A stretch of 64,000 bases of DNA, taken from contig NC_043001.1 in the NCBI RefSeq assembly GCF_006345805.1, forward strand, positions 125,364,001 to 125,428,000. The letters run 5' to 3'. Position numbers and translations under genes: made by a program. This document shows positions 60,670 through 64,000 of the stretch, piece by piece (the stretch's first letter is position 1; the number at the start of each line of letters is the position of its first letter). Source of the stretch: Octopus sinensis (taxonomy: Eukaryota). The notes under the pieces were generated by a model. It saw only the letters and a program-made list of their open reading frames with translations. It ran no database searches and was not told the DNA's origin.

Positions 60670-61689
60670 AATTATTACCTACAATTAGAATAGTTACATA
60701 CGAAGGCATGTGCGGTTACATGTTTTCTTAGCAACCACATGGTTTTAAGTTTTGTCCCATTGGATGGCCCTTAGAATTAGTATCTTCTACAACAGCACTG
60801 GATTCACTAATTCAATATGAAAGATGGAAACTGCAAGAGGCCCATTGTGTGTGTGTATGTGTGTGTGTGTACTAGTGTGTACAAATGTACATGAATATTG
60901 ATATCCCATGTTTGTCACTGCTTGAGTGAAATGGTAATGCTGACATTCTTTTATGCTTTCAAAGACTTGAAATAAAAAAAAAAAGAAAACAAACCTTTAT
61001 TTGAAAAACATGTAAGTGTTGATGACAGGAAGAGTATCTGGCTATAAACTCCTTCCTTGAATAAGTTCCTGCCTAACACAAGCTTGCATGGAAAAAATGG
61101 ATGTTGAACAAACATATGAAGAATAAAACCCCATACATGCATCTATTAATTAACGAGTATATATATATTTATTTCTCTCTAATATCTAATAGATATATAT
61201 TACACTGTATAACATGATTTTTGTCCTTGGATAGAAGCTGTCATTTCCTGTTTGTTTATCCATAGAAAGTATGGAAAATGGCTAATATTCCCTTCAAACG
61301 TTGTTTTTTGTTACATTTATTCAAACCCCAAAGAATCCCTCTCAACACATGGTTCTGATGCTCCTCCACTACTCTTGCTCATGATCAGAGATACGCATAT
61401 TGTCAGCTACTAAGGGATATGCTCAAGTGGTTAAAATCAAGCAACTGGCAAGCAAATATGTGGTATTGAGCAGAATATTTGCTTTCATGATATTTCTGCT
61501 TCAGCAACGCAGTGCTGAATCTGTCTGAAATTTAATGGAAAATAGATCAGTTACAAAACATTGATGTCCAAGTCACAAAAGCAAAGTTTGAAGGGAATAG
61601 TAGTCATTTCCTTTGAATTCAAGTTAGAAGTAAATAAGAAATAACTCTTACTGACCAAAGACAAAAACAAATATAAACTTTGTTACACA

Positions 61690-62283
61690 GCACGACAGAG
61701 TGTAAATGATTTAAGAAAGAAATTTGGTATAAGAAGCATCAGATTTTGTGTGCAAGAGAGAAGACTGTGCTAATTTGGTTGTGTGATGTATAAAGATTAG
61801 GGCAGCAGTGTAAAAAAGTGTCGAGCTCTAATTGTGGAGGGTACTTGTGGAATGGGTAGATCCTGGAAGATGTGGGACAAAGTGGTGAAAAAAAATCTTC
61901 GGACACTGGGCCTCACTGACAAAATGACAAGGAACCAAGAGATGTGACAATTTACCATACTTGATGTGTTAAGCTAAGTAAAATTGCTGTCTTCCACACA
62001 TACAGGCTTGTCCGTTCAGGTGCCAGTGCCACTTAAAAAAACACCTGTGTCAGTGGTGCACTAATGCATCCATGTTGGTGCTGTGTAAACAAACCTATGC
62101 CGGTGGTATGTAAAAAACACCTAGTACACTCTGTTAAGTGGTTGGCATTAGGAAGGGCATCTAACTGTAGAAACCATGCCACAACAGACAATTGGAGTCT
62201 GGACAGGTTTGCTAACCAGCTCCATTCAAACCATTCAACCCATGCCAACATGGAAAGCAGAATTAAATGATGATGATGATGAT
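61690..62283 (+). mobile_element. Old RTE LINE 3' end: RT C-terminal remnant contiguous with the family-E tail
   Basis: VQERRL.*FG...VKKC..LIVEG..G.GR..K.WD.VVK..L...GL...M, followed by the family-E sequence ending in (GAT)n. Confidence 0.75.
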
Positions 62284-62394
62284 TTCTGGTTGTTTGGATC
62301 TCTGCATTGGTTGAACCAAGTGCAATTGGCTGCCTAACCACTCATCGGAGGAGACACATTATTGCATTATGATACAGAGAACTAATGTCTAGAC

Positions 62395-62594
62395 CAGTGG
62401 TTTTCAACCAGGGTTCCACGGAACCTTAGGGTTCCGCCAGTACAGTCCAGGGGTTCCGCAAGAAGTTACAAAACTGCTAAAATCGGCAGTAATTTTTAAT
62501 TATCCTGTGCAGATATGTGTGCATAAGACTATTAAATTATTGCACAGAATGTTTCCTTGGGGTTCCGCTCAAGCAAAAAGTTTGAAAACCACTG
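62395..62594. mobile_element. hAT (Charlie-type) MITE, 200 bp, with 8-bp TSD
   Basis: TIRs CAGTGGTTTTCAA / TTGAAAACCACTG. Perfect TSD GTCTAGAC at 62387-62394 and 62595-62602. Confidence 0.92.
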
Positions 62595-62975
62595 GTCTAG
62601 ACATTAGCACTTGAGACATCCAATGCAGAGTTTCAAACAACCACAATGTTGAAACGTACATAGGAAAAAATTATATAAACTTGTGTTTATCATAATATCT
62701 CTTATATCTGTTCTATGTTGTTCTATTATCTAATGTCTTGTATAATAATGATTTATGTATGTTCACACTTTTTGCTTTATAAATAGATAGCAATACATTA
62801 CCCTATATCTTTGTATCAAGTACCACACACTTTTATTGTTTTTTTATGTTATATATATTATTAAGCTTGATACAATTTATGTGTATGCACGGGTATGTAA
62901 ATAGATAGATAGTTAATCTATTTACACACACGCATTGTAACAAGATTGATAATATATATATATATATATATATAT

Positions 62976-63072
<97 letters not shown>

Positions 63073-64000
63073 TAGATAGATAGATAGATAGACTGACATA
63101 CTTATATGCATATACTTATACATATACATGTACAAATAAATTCACATCAAGATAGGCAACAAATTTTTATCTTTCATATGTTTTAATTGGTTTTTAACTA
63201 AAATAGATCGTAAACTAATTTCTATATATTGTTTTTTTCTTTTTCATTCCCCAACTTCTAATAATCTTTGATTTCATAATTAGTTTTTATTCATAATATT
63301 CCAATATCTTGCATAATGGATTCTCCTTGCCTTTTGATTTTTAACTGACGTAAGCAGATAAAAAAAAAATGTAAACTACCACATTATCTTTTTTTTCCCT
63401 GTCTATAGCCCTTTTAAGCTGGTGATGAGCTGTATATGCATTGTGTAAATTAAGTACCTAAAACTGGCAAGTCTGTTTTAGACAAAATGCGATTAGTTTT
63501 ATGATAAAAATAGGTTTTGTGCATTTAATAATATCCAACTGCGAATATGAATAAAGATAGTTTTTAAAAATGCATTAGGTTTTCTGTGGAGTACCAAATA
63601 TATGCTGAGACTTGCCAGTTGCTATTTGAATGTAAATATGATTTTTATAAATATATTTATTATTATTATTATTTGATGAGAGGATGCAGAGGTGTTTCAT
63701 CTTGGCAAGTTGGCTTTTATTCAACATTCAGGACTATCTGGAAATAAATTTGGTCTAAACAGCAAGACTTAATCAGTTGTTCGATTCAAGACAACCACCT
63801 GCCTTGCAGATAGATAGCTTTAGCAGAATCAACTACTGTTGAAAGGATTCAAACCAAGTCTCCTGTCAGAAGATAACTTCTTCTTCCCCCCCCCTCCCCA
63901 CCAATCTCAGAAACCCTGAGAGGGGTCATAGAAAGAAAACAAGCACATTACATCTGATTCCCCATTTATCCTGTTCTTCTCTCAGATTATTTGTGCTCAA

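Noticed and set aside
34620-64000. Remaining FBXL16 exons (expected to start R|C..ITD...LYLRWC)
   Set aside because: I scanned AG|(A/G)TG(T/C) sites by eye and none continued with the expected sequence. They probably lie beyond the window, although a miss is possible.

Overview
Eukaryotic animal DNA: AT-rich, microsatellite-dense and dominated by repeats, most consistent with an Octopus genome (inferred from the SINE families and repeat landscape, not from a database search). There is one 100-N scaffold gap. The only host gene I can support is a large coding exon of FBXL16 (F-box plus leucine-rich repeats) on the + strand, ATG 33424 to a phase-2 donor at 34619/34620; I could not find the remaining exons in the window. 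The rest is mostly transposon-derived: a Penelope-like element (PLE; RT + GIY-YIG) with a 290-bp inverted terminal duplication, a GC-rich RTE/BovB-like LINE, R4/Dong and Tx1/L1 fragments, Helitron ends, hAT MITEs, several modular tRNA-derived SINE families, a 9-unit SINE-derived tandem array and a tRNA-Ala pseudogene. The most interesting signal, not visible in the ORF track, is a set of minimal type-I hammerhead ribozyme (HHR) motifs with different core variants (U3-A8; U3.G8; canonical plus an extra A). They sit in the PLE termini and in short non-coding elements inserted in (TA)n tracts, one of them in sense orientation about 0.6 kb into the FBXL16 intron. All coordinates and identities were read by eye; nothing was computed or searched.
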